In this document: positions 50,306 through 63,026 of the stretch, piece by piece
Numbering within the stretch: position 1 is the first letter of the stretch
Layout: each line of letters opens with the position of its first letter
DNA from: Podarcis melisellensis
Lineage: Eukaryota
Direction: 5' to 3' (one strand)
DNA: 64,000 nt
Assembly (NCBI GenBank): GCA_964234715.1
Contig: OZ174284.1
Position numbers and translations under genes: made by a program
The notes under the pieces: model-generated
Databases searched by the model: none
Seen by the model: the letters and a program-made list of their open reading frames with translations, nothing else
What the model was told of the DNA's origin: nothing

Positions 50306-51799
50306 AATGGAGTATGAGCTGTGGTGCAGATTTGGAATATGTTCTCACATTGCTGGAATGAAGGTGAAAGAGGAAAGGGGAAGCGCCTATTCCTCTCCCC
50401 CTGACAGGGCAGAATGGGAATGTCTTTCAGAGTTATCTCTAGGAAACTTACAGGACTCTGAGCTTCAGTTCCTATCAAGTGCCTGTGTAGCAAACATGCA
50501 TTCTTGGTTTGACTGCTTTGTTAATATCCCACAGAGTGAACCAAGACTTCTGGGCTAGGGCAAGTGTTAAAGCCTTAGTCTCACCAAATATGCAATTTTT
50601 ATGCAACTGATCTTTAACCAAACCTCTGGGGGACATCAATTCCATTCCCATTTTACACATTGAGAGATGAGGCTAAGAGATAATGACTTGCCCAGGTTAC
50701 AAAATGAAATTATAGGCCAGCAGGGAAATCTAGGATCCCTCTGCACGGCACTTTGCTTGTTGGATCACGCTAGCACCAGGACAAAGCCCAAGGGTGCACC
50801 ATGAATGCTTAATGGATTAGTTAAAGCTTCAGACCTAGTATAAATATCTTGACTCCACCATTGAGATAGCCATCCATGACTCTAATCTCCCTCTCCATTC
50901 TTTAGAACTTGGGAAAAAGAGGGAGATATATTTCCTTAAAACTTTAGAATGCCAGATTTTTAAAGAATGCCCCATAAGAGAAATCTGTCTACTGAGAAAG
51001 GTGCTTTACATTTCAAAGATACTACAGTCTTTCACTTTTGTGCACTATAGAGACTATCTAATGGCTTCCAGTGGGATACAGTATTCATTCCACTTAAAAT
51101 GAAAAGCGCCTTTGGTATTTGAACATATTTATGAAACCATGAATGTAGAGATGTGCTTACAATTCCACAGTAATCCACAAAAGGATTATGCCGAGGCACA
51201 AGATAAGTACAACTGCCTGAAGTAATACGAGGACATAAAATAAGAAACATCCAGAAGAACATTAACTGTTTTTAATAAGCTGCAACTTCTGCATTTCCAT
51301 TTTGGACTAAAATTCAAAAGGTGGGTGGTGAGAATTCTCCATTATATTTTTTGAAGCAAATCTTTGATGGGGTAGCTAAACTACTGATGACCTTGCGTCT
51401 GCCTGTGAGCTGTAGCCCTCATGAATTAGTGAGCATATTTATTCTTTTCACTAATGATGTGAAGCTCTCAGAGGGCTGCAAGGGAGAGAAGACCTTTTTT
51501 TTTGCATTGTATGAATTGCATTAACCTGTTCACAGAAACTGTAAACCTGCTAGTTTGATCCAACTTCTTACTTGGTATCTGTAAAGTAGCAGCCATCATT
51601 CAAAGTAACTGTAAAAAACAAATATTTTGCCACTGTTTTAGCTGTGAATTAAGCGCTGCTTCCTATGACTAACATTGAGTCTAAAGAGCACTCTTGGACA
51701 TGAAAGGAAGAAGCGAAAGAGGAAAGAAATATTAGGGGCTTGTGCTTTCCCCATTCATTCTACTAGACCTGGATCTACACTGTTTAACGTTACTAGAAT

Positions 51800-52198
51800 G
51801 ATATTATAAGGGGCTATGGGGTTGCTTGTGCGTAAAGCGCAAACTGCTCCGAGCTGAGTAGTTTGGACAAAACTTTTCCCCAGGCTGGACAGTCAGTACA
51901 CCGTGACTGTCTCAATCACTGGAAGAATCTGTCAGTGGGCGTTTCCTGAATTTCTTCCAACATAAGAGTTCTTTCACACCCAATCGTCGTCTCCCTTCTC
52001 TGCGCGAAAGCTGTCTGCGCAGAGTGGGCGTCCCCAGAGGAGGTCCTGTGCTCTCCCCGCTGGTTTCACTGGAAGAGTCCTGGAGCCTTCTCTCCGCAGC
52101 TCCCTCAGACTCCCCTTTCTCCCTGGTGTCACCTCTATCTCCTTCCCCAGCGGAAGCGTCCTCTCTCCCTCTGCAAACCATATAGCCATCCTCTGAAA
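51800..52198 (-). mobile_element. LTR-like element related to 63027-63750
   Basis: Minus strand GATGGCT...GCTGGGGAAGGAGA resembles the 5' end of the 63027 LTR. Ends not resolved. Confidence 0.55.
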
Positions 52199-53856
52199 TA
52201 GTGATAAATAGTGATATTTACTTTTGGTAAAAGAGTTGTGTTGTGTCATTTAGGTCATTGTTTTGGAAAATAGTAGAGGGCTTAGCCTCTTTTTTTCTTT
52301 TTACAGCTGGATTCACTATGCACCAACCAATGAAGCATGGGAAGTGATCAGTCAATCAGTCTACCACATTGCCAGTGCCAGCTGTACTTGCTATGGCTTC
52401 CATGCACAGTAGGATTGCTGTTTGTTGAACTAAAAACTGGACTGAGGAATAGATTGACCATTATTAAATCTGAGTGGTGTTGGTGGTGGTAAAGAAAGCA
52501 ACTTGTTACAGGAGGAATCCAGTTGGTGCCCTGAAGCTCACGGAAAGGCTTTTGATCCAGTGGAGACAACCACTAATAATGGACGTCACAAATGGAAGCA
52601 TTTGTCCCTCTTTCAACTTCCACACTATTTGGAGTGGCCTCCTAACTCTTTGGAGATGACGGGGAGTAGGGATACAGGTGTCATGGGGACAATTGCCTCT
52701 TCCTCTTCCATTAACAGTTTCTCTGCTGGATCTAAAGCCCTTCCACGAGCACATACGAGTGCCAACTGAATGCCACCATCTATTACCATTCTGATTTTGT
52801 TTTCCCCCTTTCTGAAAGGAGATTGGAGTGGCAGGCACTCCACTCACCCATTTTATTCTCAGAAGAACCTCGTGAAGTTAGCTAGGGTGATAAGGGACTG
52901 TCAACCAATGAGTTTCATGCCTGTATGAGGGCTTAAAACTTAGTTCTCCCCGTTCTAGTTGACACTCAAATACTGTGCATGGATATAGAAATGAAAACAT
53001 TAGTAGAGACAATCTTAAAAAGGCCACTGATGATACGAAAAAGCCATGTTCCTCTTCTTGAATTTGGCTACTCCAGCTTCTGTCCATTGCAATAGTTCTA
53101 TGACTTGAGTTTTCCCCCAGAACCTTCTGGGCATCATATTGAGAAAGAAAACCTCAGTTTAATGAGGTACTGATATGGAAGTATCTTTTGATGTGAATGT
53201 GACCTAGGGGGCGGGAGGAAGTGAGGAGTGGAGGTGGAAAGAAAGAAAAGAGTGGAAGGGTATGTTTGCAAGCAAATTTAAATACTCAAAACAAAGGCAT
53301 TGCAAACATACAAGCATAATGGGTTTTAATTCAGGCAGTTAACCTTAACTACTATAGCATGGCATAATGGAAACAAAGATGAGGAATGTTTGCAAATGAA
53401 TCAACGTAAACATTATATGTCATGTCATTGGGAGCCATCCAGGAATGCGTGGATTAGTTGAGAAATTGAAGGACAGAAATAGAGGTGGCATTCTATGACC
53501 TTCAGTTGTGCTAAGATGTTGGACCATTGCTTCTGATGATTTCTGTAGCAATAAATTAGGGCATAAAAGTTTATGTTTCTAGAAATTAAATGGTTCTAGT
53601 ATAAACATAAATAAAAAGGTGCATAGCTGAAGAATGCTGCTCAGTGTCAAACTGATGATATTTCAACATAATTTCATTTTGTTACCCATTTATAATCCCA
53701 TTAAAATAAACTATTTTGATTCCATAGTGCATGCTTCCAGTCAAATTACAATATTAATATTTAAAACTGTTATTCTTATGAAAATATATATACAAATTTG
53801 TTCTTCTATTTAATATTTTAAAGCTAAACAATTTCTCTCTCACACTGTGCATATGC

Positions 53857-53879
53857 GTGTGTGTGTGTGTGTGTGTGTG
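53857..53879. repeat. (GT)n microsatellite
   Basis: Direct inspection. Confidence 0.9.
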
Positions 53880-54199
53880 AATATATGAGAGGGAGTTTTA
53901 GTGGTGGGCCCCTTATATTGAAGGACATGGAATGAAGCCTCTTTAGATTTAAAGAAACCAACATTTATTTTATTTATGAAAAGATTTTTAACTTTCTGCC
54001 CTGCATCAATTAAATATCAGGGTGGTGTACAAAATAAGTTTTACAGCCTTAAATATAGCCACAAAATAACCACAATATATTTCATAGGAAATTATTCATA
54101 AATGGAAATATATAAACAAACAAATAAAACATCCACAAAATGTTGTCAAAATGGATGGGGAGAGAAGTTTGGAAAAGAGATTCTTACTGTCCAGTAATA

Positions 54200-54388
54200 T
54201 AATATAATAATGATAATTTATTATTTATACCCCACCCATCTGGCTGGGCTTCCCCAGCCACTCTGGCCTCCAACCAAATATTAAAATACAGTAATACATC
54301 AAACATTAAAAGCTTCCCTAAACAGGGCTACCTTCAGATGTCTTCTAAAAGTTTGGTGGTAGTTGTTCTCTTTGACATCTGGTGGGAC
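54200..54388 (-). mobile_element. L2 LINE 3' end
   Basis: Reverse match to the 47870-47938 L2 segment and to 61000-61200. Followed by a short CR1 tail at 54386-54428. Confidence 0.85.
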
Positions 54389-55293
54389 TAGATGACTCTC
54401 TTCCAACTCTATAATTCTGCGATTCTAAGTTCAGACGGAATATGAATAATACATATCATGAAAGTCACACAAATGAAGCCAAGAGGATGCAAGTGTGGTT
54501 AACATTCCATACATGCTTCCATTAAAACATTGGTGGGAAATTGAGGGCTGAATGCAACTCTCCACTCTCTGCTCCCTTTGCCACAGGACACACCCCTCAC
54601 TGTCCTTGCTGTGACCCCAGGGTAGGTATTTTCCCCTGGCTGAAATATGTCCTCTTGCTTTTCTGGACAGAGGATGAAGAGGGGTGTGCATGTGTCTGTA
54701 GAAACTAGCCTACTGTACAAAGATAACATTGATATTTGTTGCTCCATCTACTTTTGCATTTGGCCCCATCCACCCCTGACACACAGTTCTCAGATTGCTT
54801 CCCAGGAGGGGGCATAGCCCTTAGGCTGGAAAGTTCCCCCACTCACCTAAAAGTTTTGCCCATATGAGAAAAATATGGGTGAAATCACACATTTTTTAAA
54901 AAAGAGAGAAGCATGCACATTCTTTTTCTTTGATCTACAGCAGATAGCCATAAGCCCCCATTTATTATCAGGATCAGAGTGTGCAAGTCTCCTCCCCAAA
55001 GGCTACATGGCCTAGAAAACAATCCCACCTCTAATGAAATAAAAATAAGAGATGTAACTAGTACTTGCTGGTGCCCATTGAGAATGGTAGGGCAGAAGGC
55101 TGGAAGACCAACAGTAGGTGGAGCCAGAGGCAGTGACAGGTAAAGCTAGAAAGCCAATGACAGGCAGAGCCAACCAATTTTACTTTTGTCCTCATCCTCC
55201 ACCCTGCTGAATTCTACAAGGACAATACTGAGGCTGAGGAGGAAGGTGACAGCTAGTGTTCCCTGATTAGTTGTACGTAAGAAGGCAAGAGAT

Positions 55294-55650
55294 GGGACGT
55301 GGGTGGCACTGTGGGTTAAACCACAGAGCCTAGGGCTTACAGATCAGAAGGTCAGCAGTTTGAATCCCCGCGACGGGGTGAGCTCCCGTTGCTCAGTCCC
55401 TGCTCCTGCCAACCTAGCAGTTCAAAAGCACGTCAACGTGCAAGTAGATAAATAGGTACCGCTCCGGCGGGAAGGTAAACGGCATTTCCATGCACTGCTC
55501 TGGTTCACCAAAAGCGGCTTAGTCATGCTGGCCACATGACCCGGAAGCTGTATGCCGGCTCCCTCGGCCAATAAAGCGAGATGAGCGCCGGAACCCCAGA
55601 GTCGGCCACGACTGGACCTAATGGTCAGGGGTCCCTTTACCCTTTATCTT
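55294..55650 (+). mobile_element. Sauria SINE
   Basis: Full length, TSD TAAGAAGGCAAGA. Confidence 0.95.
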
Positions 55651-56473
55651 TAAGAAGGCAAGAAGAAAGGGTCTTGAAGGCAGAATGAGGTTGGTGGGGC
55701 AATGTCCTATTTGCCCTGATGGAACAGCCTCCACAGCATGTAGTTACATGCTAAGAAATAAGCATAAAACAAAACTTGATCCTAAGTAGGAACACGAATT
55801 CTGGAACCCAGCATGGGTCACCTTTCGTCAAGGTAGGCTGGATGACTAGTGGGAAGTTGCTGGTTGACAACTCTGAGGTGAACAATGCTTTCAATGTACA
55901 AGAGCTAGTTGCTGCCCTTTGACTGACTTTGTTTTATTTTACAGTTCCCATTTATTCGAAACTTTTGGTTCTCAAATGCTGCTTTTCATGTACAGTTTTT
56001 CCATCTTCATTTTCTTTTGTCCAAATTAATCTCCCGCTGGCATCATGCTGTCTTTTGCTGTTAAGAAGCATGCTAATTGAAAAAAAATAAGCTCTGATTA
56101 AATTATCAAAGACCTCATTCGTCCCCTCTCTAACTGCTTTATAATTTCAATAAAACTTTTGGAAAAAAGTTAATTGAAATAGTAAAACACCCTAAACATT
56201 AAAAGCATAAATACATAACCATCATTCCCAAAAGGTGGTAGATTAGAAAATAGTTAGAGCGGTTTATGAAAATGCAGGATTATCTCTCAACAAGTGGATT
56301 AATATAAAATGTGAATTTGGGGAAACTGTTGATCAATCTGCATCTCAATTGCACTTTATTATTCTCTTTGTTATCTGGGATAACAAAGAGAATATATATT
56401 TAAATTACAGTCCTATACACACGGAACATGTGTACTGAATGCAATTGAATTTACTCCTGGGTATGGATCGCAT

Positions 56474-56916
56474 AGCTATGGTTTTCCCAGTAGTGATGTA
56501 TGGAAATGAGAGCTGGACCATAAAGAAGGCTGATAGAAGAATTGATGCTTTTGAATTATGGTGCTGGAGGAGACTCTTGAGAGTCCCATGGACTGCAAGA
56601 AGATCAAATCTATCCATTCTTAAGGAAATCAGCCCTGAGTGCTCACTGGAAGGACAGCTCCTGAAGCTGAGGCTCCAATACTTTAGCCACCTCATGAGAA
56701 GAGAAGACTTCCTGGAAAAGACCCTGATGTTAGGAAAGATGGAGGGCACAAGGAGAAGGGGACGACAGAGGACGAGATGGTTGGACAGTGTTCTCGAAGC
56801 TACCGGCATGAGTTTGACTAAACTGCGGGAGGCAGTGGAAGACAGAAGTGCCTGGTGTGCTCTGGTCCAGGGGGTCACGAAGAGTCGGACACGACTAAAC
56901 GACTAAACCACAACAA
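56474..56916 (+). mobile_element. Bov-B (RTE) LINE, 5'-truncated
   Basis: Open frame AMVFPVVMYGNESWTIKKADRRIDAFELWCWRRLLRVPWTARRSNLSILKEISPECSLEG..., (CAA)n tail and TSD ATGGATCGCAT. Confidence 0.96.
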
Positions 56917-58722
56917 ATGGATCGCATGGCCTTCATTGCACATCCTCTTTCTGTTTGTTGAATTTCATATCATTTTAGGCTAGGTTTTCAAGGAGCTTAA
57001 TTTCCTTTAGTGTTTTCTCTGCGATACAGAAGCTTTTGATGTCTTCCTCACCTGCAGTTCCATTTCCCAGGGTGCTTTTGGAGCCCTTACTTAGCATGGT
57101 AGTGGGGGGTATCATTGTAGAGGAAGACCGGTTTCTGGATTCTAGTTATACGACTTGTTAGATATCATTCCACCAGCAGGTGCTCACTTCAAACCTTGTG
57201 GGTGGTAATTAAATAGTTTTCTTTAACAGCAACAATCTCTTTGGCTCACTGCTCCAGAGGGGGGCCAAAAAACAGAGTTCTTCCTCCAGCTTCTGGGGCA
57301 ATTCAGCTTTGAGAGTTCGTCACTGCTGTCTCAAATGATCAGGTAGTGATTGGCGTTTGTGAAGGGGTGAGACCAGTTGCTATAGACATGACTTCCATCT
57401 TGCTTTTCATCATCTCCATCGCAACACTTTTCAGCAGAATCAACTGGCATTCATATGTCAGCCAGGAAATTCTGAGAACTTGGTAAAGTCATTTATGTGA
57501 ACCTAATTCATCAATATCTGTTATACCGCTCCCTTCTGCTGTAGTAAGGCTCTTTTCTTCCTGCTCAAGGTTTACCCCATTAATTTTTTCAAATTTGATT
57601 TTTGAGAATTCCGATACACAATCTCTAGATTTTGCAATGCAGTTCTCAGATCAAACAAGTATCAAAGTGCATTTTTAAAACGTTTGATTTTAGATAAAAC
57701 ACACTTAGAAATCTCTATTTTGTGGTAAGTTGCATATGAATTTTCATGCAGATATTTTTTTTTAAAACCAACAGAGAAAAATGAGGAAAAAGCAGAACAA
57801 CCTTATGAATGAACACATGACAGTGACACAGACCAGAATTAAACCTGCCCACCCATTCCTAATCATCCTTTAATTTAGAAATCATATCATTGCCGTGCTT
57901 TTTTGGCCCCAACGCTGTTCAATATCAGCTCAGGTTATTTGTTTTTGCTAGGAGAAAAATTGTTCTTCTGCTGCAACCCAGCCTGCAGGTAAACAATGGA
58001 AAGTATCCTCTGATAATAGGTCATGAGGTGACCATTTGGGCTATCCGATGATCGTTTACTAGGCAAACAGCTGGAAAAAAACGAGTTCTGAAATTGCACA
58101 TCACGCCAGCCTTCAGGCTAGGCATGGCAGACAGGAGATCCTTGCCACTTACCCTGACTCACCAGACCAAATCAAGCATCAAATCCATTTATGTTCACTT
58201 TCTCAAGAACGGTGCCTACAGGCTTTGACATGGGCACCTGCTGGTGGAGCGATGTCCGATATCTAATATAAATAGAAACCAAAGAGATGGAAACAATTTG
58301 ATAATGTAGCTTATTCACCCAGGAATCTTTGGACAGTATTTTTCATCTGCCCTCCAGGAAGAATTGCAAAACACTCCTTACAATATTTTATTTCCAACTC
58401 TTTGTATCGGAGTTGGGGAACCTTGGTCCCAGGGACTGGATATTTCTGGCCCTCTAGAATCTCACTAGATTCCATCTCAATGGCGCTCTTCCACACCTTT
58501 TTATCTTGTTAGAGTGTTTCCTTAACTCTGTTAATGCCTCTTGACTGCCTGGATGGACAATGGAGAGGCATGAGTCGGTGGGGTGTGTCAAACCTCTGAC
58601 TTTTACATGCCTGGAATGTAACCTACTGTATAAATATAAAGGTCACATCCATTTATCTGCCCACTCTTGTCTCTTGTCCCATTCATCACTGCCAAGTGGC
58701 CCCTACAAGGCTGTCCACAAGG

Positions 58723-58960
58723 TACAGTGGTACCTCAGGTTACATACACTTCAGGTTACAGACGCTTCAGGTTACAGACTCCACTAACCCAGAAATATTA
58801 CCTCAGGTTAAGAACTTTGCTTCAGGATGAGAACAAAAATCGGGCTCCAGTGGCAGTGGGAGGCCCCATTAGCTAAAGTGGTGCTTCAGGTTAAGAACAG
58901 TTTCAGGTTAAGAACAGACCTCCAGAACGAATCAAGTTCTTAACCCGAGGTACCACTGTA
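58723..58960 (+). mobile_element. Tigger-type MITE family A
   Basis: TIRs with TA TSD. Confidence 0.93.
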
Positions 58961-59056
58961 ATGTGACCCTTGGGCTGAAAATTATTCCCCATCCATATTT
59001 GTTTTTAATGTCCATTGCTACATTTTTTAAAATAACTTATATAGATTTAGCCCTAA

Positions 59057-59720
59057 GTACGGGTGGCACTGTGGGTAAAACCTCAGTGCCTAGGACTTGC
59101 TGATCGTATGGTCGGCGGTTCGAATCCCCGCGGCAGGGTCAGCTCCCGTCGTTCAGTCCCAGCTCCTGCCCACCTAGCAGTTCAAAAGCACTCTTAAGTG
59201 CAAGTAGATAAATAGGGACCACTTTATAGCGGGAAGGTAAACGGCGTTTCAGTGTGCTGCGCTGATGCTGGCTCGCTAACTGCAACTTCGTCACGCTGGC
59301 CACGTGACACGGAAGTGTCCTTGGACGGCGACAGCTCCCGGCCTCTAGAGCGAGATGAGCACGCAACCCTAGAATCATAGAATCATAGAGTTGGAAGAGA
59401 CCACAAGGGCCATCGAGTCCAACCCCCCTGCCAGGCAGGAAACACCATCAGAGCACTCCTGACATATGGTTGTCAAGCCTCTGCTTAAAGACCTCCAAAG
59501 AAGGAGACTCCACCACACTCCTTGGCAGCAAATTCCACTGGCAAACAGCTCTTACTGTCAGGAAGTTCTTCCTAATGTTTAGGTGGAATCTTCTTTCTTG
59601 TAGTTTGGATCCATTGCTCCGTGTCCACTTCTCTGGAGCAGCAGAAAACAAAACCACCTTTCTCCCTCCTCTATGGGACACGACTGGCCCGTACGGGCAG
59701 GGGCACCTTTACCTTTACCT
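59057..59720 (+). mobile_element. Sauria SINE, divergent subfamily, split by a CR1 insertion
   Basis: Head and body at 59057-59370, with tail GGACACGACTGGCCCG...ACCTTTACC resuming at 59676. Confidence 0.88.
59371..59675 (-). mobile_element. CR1 LINE 3' end
   Basis: (ATTCTATG)n tail in reverse. Minus strand encodes TRSNGSKLQERRFHLNIRKNFLTVRAVCQWNLLPRSVVESPSLEVFKQRLD. Confidence 0.93.
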
Positions 59721-59763
59721 TACAAAGTGCTTTACCATTCTTAATTCCATTTATACTCATAAC

Positions 59764-59892
59764 CAGGGCTTTTCCCCAGCCAGAATATGCTGGAACTAAG
59801 TCCCACACCTCTCAGGTGGGTGCCATTACCATTCTAAGAGAACGAGGGAGGTGGTGAGTTCCGGGACCTCTCTTTCTAGAAAAATAGCACTG
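59764..59892. mobile_element. Short non-autonomous DNA transposon
   Basis: CAGGGCTTTT...AAAATAGCACTG imperfect TIRs, same style as 43922. Confidence 0.5.
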
Positions 59893-60484
59893 CTCACAAC
59901 AACCCTGTGAGGTTGCGAAATCATGACTCCCCCCTTCCCAAGACTTTTTGAATAAGTGCAAGGGCTGAGCGGAGATTTCTATGCAAGTTTCCCATAGTCA
60001 AACTGTTGCATTGCCCTGAATTTTTCAGCGTGCAGCAAGGCCCATAAAAGGTTTAAAATATTCTCAATGTTAAGTGCTATGATACAAGCTCTCCTGGGTA
60101 AGCTTATTGTCAATATCCACAGATGGTGGGCACTAAAGCAGCTGGTACTGAAAAATACTGCCTGCCTTTACTTTGGTGCAAATAGCAATGCAGGGACTAG
60201 AATATTTTAAATTCAAAGGCTAAGAAATATTGCTCCCCTTGTTCTTTCCTACCCCATGATAAAAACTTAATCCTAATCATCCACTTAAAAGTAATTGTAG
60301 TCTATAACGATCTCCCCCCCCCCCCAGAGTCTCTCAAGCTCTTTCTCCTGCTTACAACAATTGTATCACCTGATTTCTTAAGGATGGGAAATGGTCAAAA
60401 TAACCAAGCAGTGTGACTTGTTTGTATGGGGAAAGAGGTTCTTGGGTCAGGTTAGCCATATTGATTTATAAACTGTTGGGGGGG

Positions 60485-60751
60485 AATAGGCGGGGCATTC
60501 TGAGGGGGGTGGTCCGGCCCTGGTACCATTCAAAAGGGGGGTGACAAAATCCTGCCCCCTGTTGGCAGCAACCCCGGAGCACGTACCACGCCCCCAGGAC
60601 ATGCGCCACACACCCCACAGGTGGCACACCATGCCCCCCACGGAGGGCATAGTATGCCCCCATGGGCAGAGCGCCAAGCCCCCTGGGACACGCCCCACGC
60701 CCCCAGGGATGAGCGCCGCTCTGGGTACCGAAGCAGGTTGCTTTCTCTCTG
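60485..60751. mobile_element. GC-rich insertion in L1, probable non-autonomous DNA transposon
   Basis: Absent from the paralogous L1 at 49810-49880. Has repeated CC(G)GCCCTGG(G)TACC-like motifs near both ends. Boundaries are approximate. Confidence 0.55.
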
Positions 60752-60973
60752 GGGATAGGTCATTGTCCTGTTGTGCTGCATATGTGATAAAGGGGAACCA
60801 CACCAGGGTAAAGGCGTCCTCCTTTGCTTGTCCCCATGCTAGTTTAAGTTTGTTGGTTAACTTTTCAAATAGGGCTGTTTCCCATATATTTTGGTACCAG
60901 TGGTCTATGTTAACTCCTGCTAGGTCCTTCCAGTGTCTAATTGCTATATTTCTAGCTGTTGCAAATAAGTGAC

Positions 60974-61025
<52 letters not shown>

Positions 61026-61200
61026 TTATTTGTATCCCGCCTATCTGGCTGGGTTTCCCCAGCCACTCTGGGCAGCTTCCACCAAAGATTAAAATGCATC
61101 AAAATGTCACACATTAAAAACTTCCCTCAGATGTTTTCTAAATGTCAGGTAGTTTTTTATCTCGTTGACATCTGATGGGAGGGAGTTCTACAGGGCAGAC
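60974..61200 (-). mobile_element. L2 LINE 3' end with (TAA)n tail, nested in L1
   Basis: (TAA)n at 60974-61025, then ATCCCGCC..TCTGGCTGGGTTTCCCCAGCCACTCTGGGC as in the 54200 copy. Confidence 0.85.
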
Positions 61201-61331
61201 GTCATGTGCTTGTGTGTTGCTCTCCTGGGAAATATTTAATAGGGCTAGTTCTAGAGTTGCTTCTATTACCTGTTTTGTTATTTTGCAACCAACTGAACAC
61301 AACCAAGCAAGCTCTGGAACCCCTCTCTTGC

Positions 61332-61336
<5 letters not shown>

Positions 61337-61385
<49 letters not shown>
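61337..61385. repeat. (CT)n microsatellite
   Basis: Direct inspection. Confidence 0.95.
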
Positions 61386-61389
<4 letters not shown>

Positions 61390-63026
61390 TCCCTCTCTTT
61401 CTCTCTCAACTAAGGACCTACCCACATGATGCTGACACAAACCCCTACACTAACACTAGGCAACAGAACAAAAGAACAATTCCCCCACATCTGTCTCCTC
61501 CCTCTTCCCCAGACCACAAGATGTCTATGACAAGTCTCTCTCGCTAAATGAAACGAACTGTGAAAATGACTCTGATTTGAAAGCGGAGACAATAGATGTA
61601 CCTTTCCCTGTTTATCTGTTTGTTTTGCACCACAAAAAAAATGTTTCATATAAACTACTGTTTGAAAAGCAGGACTGCCAAGGAGGATTGAGCTAATGAA
61701 ATTCATCTAATTTGTCAATCAACTCTCAACTCCATCCTTGGCTATTGTCAGAGGTCGTTAGAAAGTTGGTTCAGCCGTTGAGACTCCAGTGAGTCCTAAA
61801 GCCTCATCTTGCACCTTAGGCTGAAACTCGGGACCAGAGACAAATCTGCCCTTATCACACTCGCCCCATGTTGATTTGTACATGATGGTTTTTAGAAACA
61901 ATAATGGTTGCTCCAACAATCAGGGTTGCAAAGCAGTCTACACTGGTCAAACAGTGATTTGACCATACATTTGTGAAATTAACCCAGATATGGTCTCATG
62001 AAATTGCCTGCTCGATTTTTCCTCTCCCATCCAGAAGGCTGAAAGCCAGCTAGCCTTGGAACTTTAGATTGAGACTATGTCATTTCCGAGACCTAGTTTC
62101 TGAGTGCTAATATTAAAGGACTTGGGGGTTTCAGATCCAATCAATGTCAGATGACACAACAGCAACGCTGGTGCCACATCTTGTTCTTCTGTGCACCTTA
62201 CAGCCCTCCTTGAATAGCACTGCTGGAAATTTGGGGTGGGGTTCTTCATCAGAAAAAAAAAAATACTATTAAAGTTAATAAAAAGTAGCACAACCTTTTC
62301 CAGACCCCAATACTACTATTTTTAATGTTAAAGATAGTGTCAAAGGGCAACACTTTTTCCACTTTTGAGGTGACACTCTTTGGTTTTAAAAAAAAATAAT
62401 GCTCAGAGGTATCTGCCCACATGGACAATTGCTTCACAGAAAGAGTCAAGACACATGTATTCCTTTCCCATAAGTCCTTATATCTGCTCTGCCTTTCCAA
62501 AAAAATTCTGCATGAATAAAAAAGGTAAAAAGCTACACTAATGTTTCTGAGTGCAAAAATCCCTGATTGAAATGTACATTTTCATTGTACAGTAATTATT
62601 TGAACAAATCAGTCTTTCATTGCGTTCTGCCATGGCACACTTTGCACTGGGTGTACAGCAAGATGTAAAAAGGGAATTGGAAGCAATGGCCACATTTATT
62701 ACCAAGAGATAACTGCGGTGCCCAGAATTATTTGAAAATCATCTGAAGCATGATTTTCTCCGTCAACAAATTCTGTGCACTCTACTTTACCACTCACTGT
62801 GTTACAATTCCCAGCAATGCTTAACAAAGTGAAGCACCCAGAATTATTTGAGAAGGGAAGTGCACTTTGAATGTGCTTCAAAGGTATTGTTTGTACTCGG
62901 TATAAGAAACCTAGAGAAACTACGATTCTCAGATTTGTCTACCCCTACTCAGAAGCACTGCCACTGTCTTCAGTTGAACTTACCATTGCTTAGGACTGCA
63001 GCCTAAGTTACAACAATGCAGCTAAG

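Larger units (their letters stand above)
60415..61330 (-). mobile_element. L1 ORF2 C-terminal fragment with two nested insertions
   Basis: Minus strand reads CKITKQVIEATLELALLNI [L2] SHLFATARNIAIRHWKDLAGVNIDHWYQNIWETALFEKLT...WFPFITYAAQQDND [insert] PPTVYKSIWLT*. Confidence 0.82.

Noticed and set aside
52290-52850. Strong acceptor-like site (TTTTCTTTTTACAG) and several short ORFs
   Set aside because: Every frame closes within 35 codons of the acceptor and no protein similarity is recognised.
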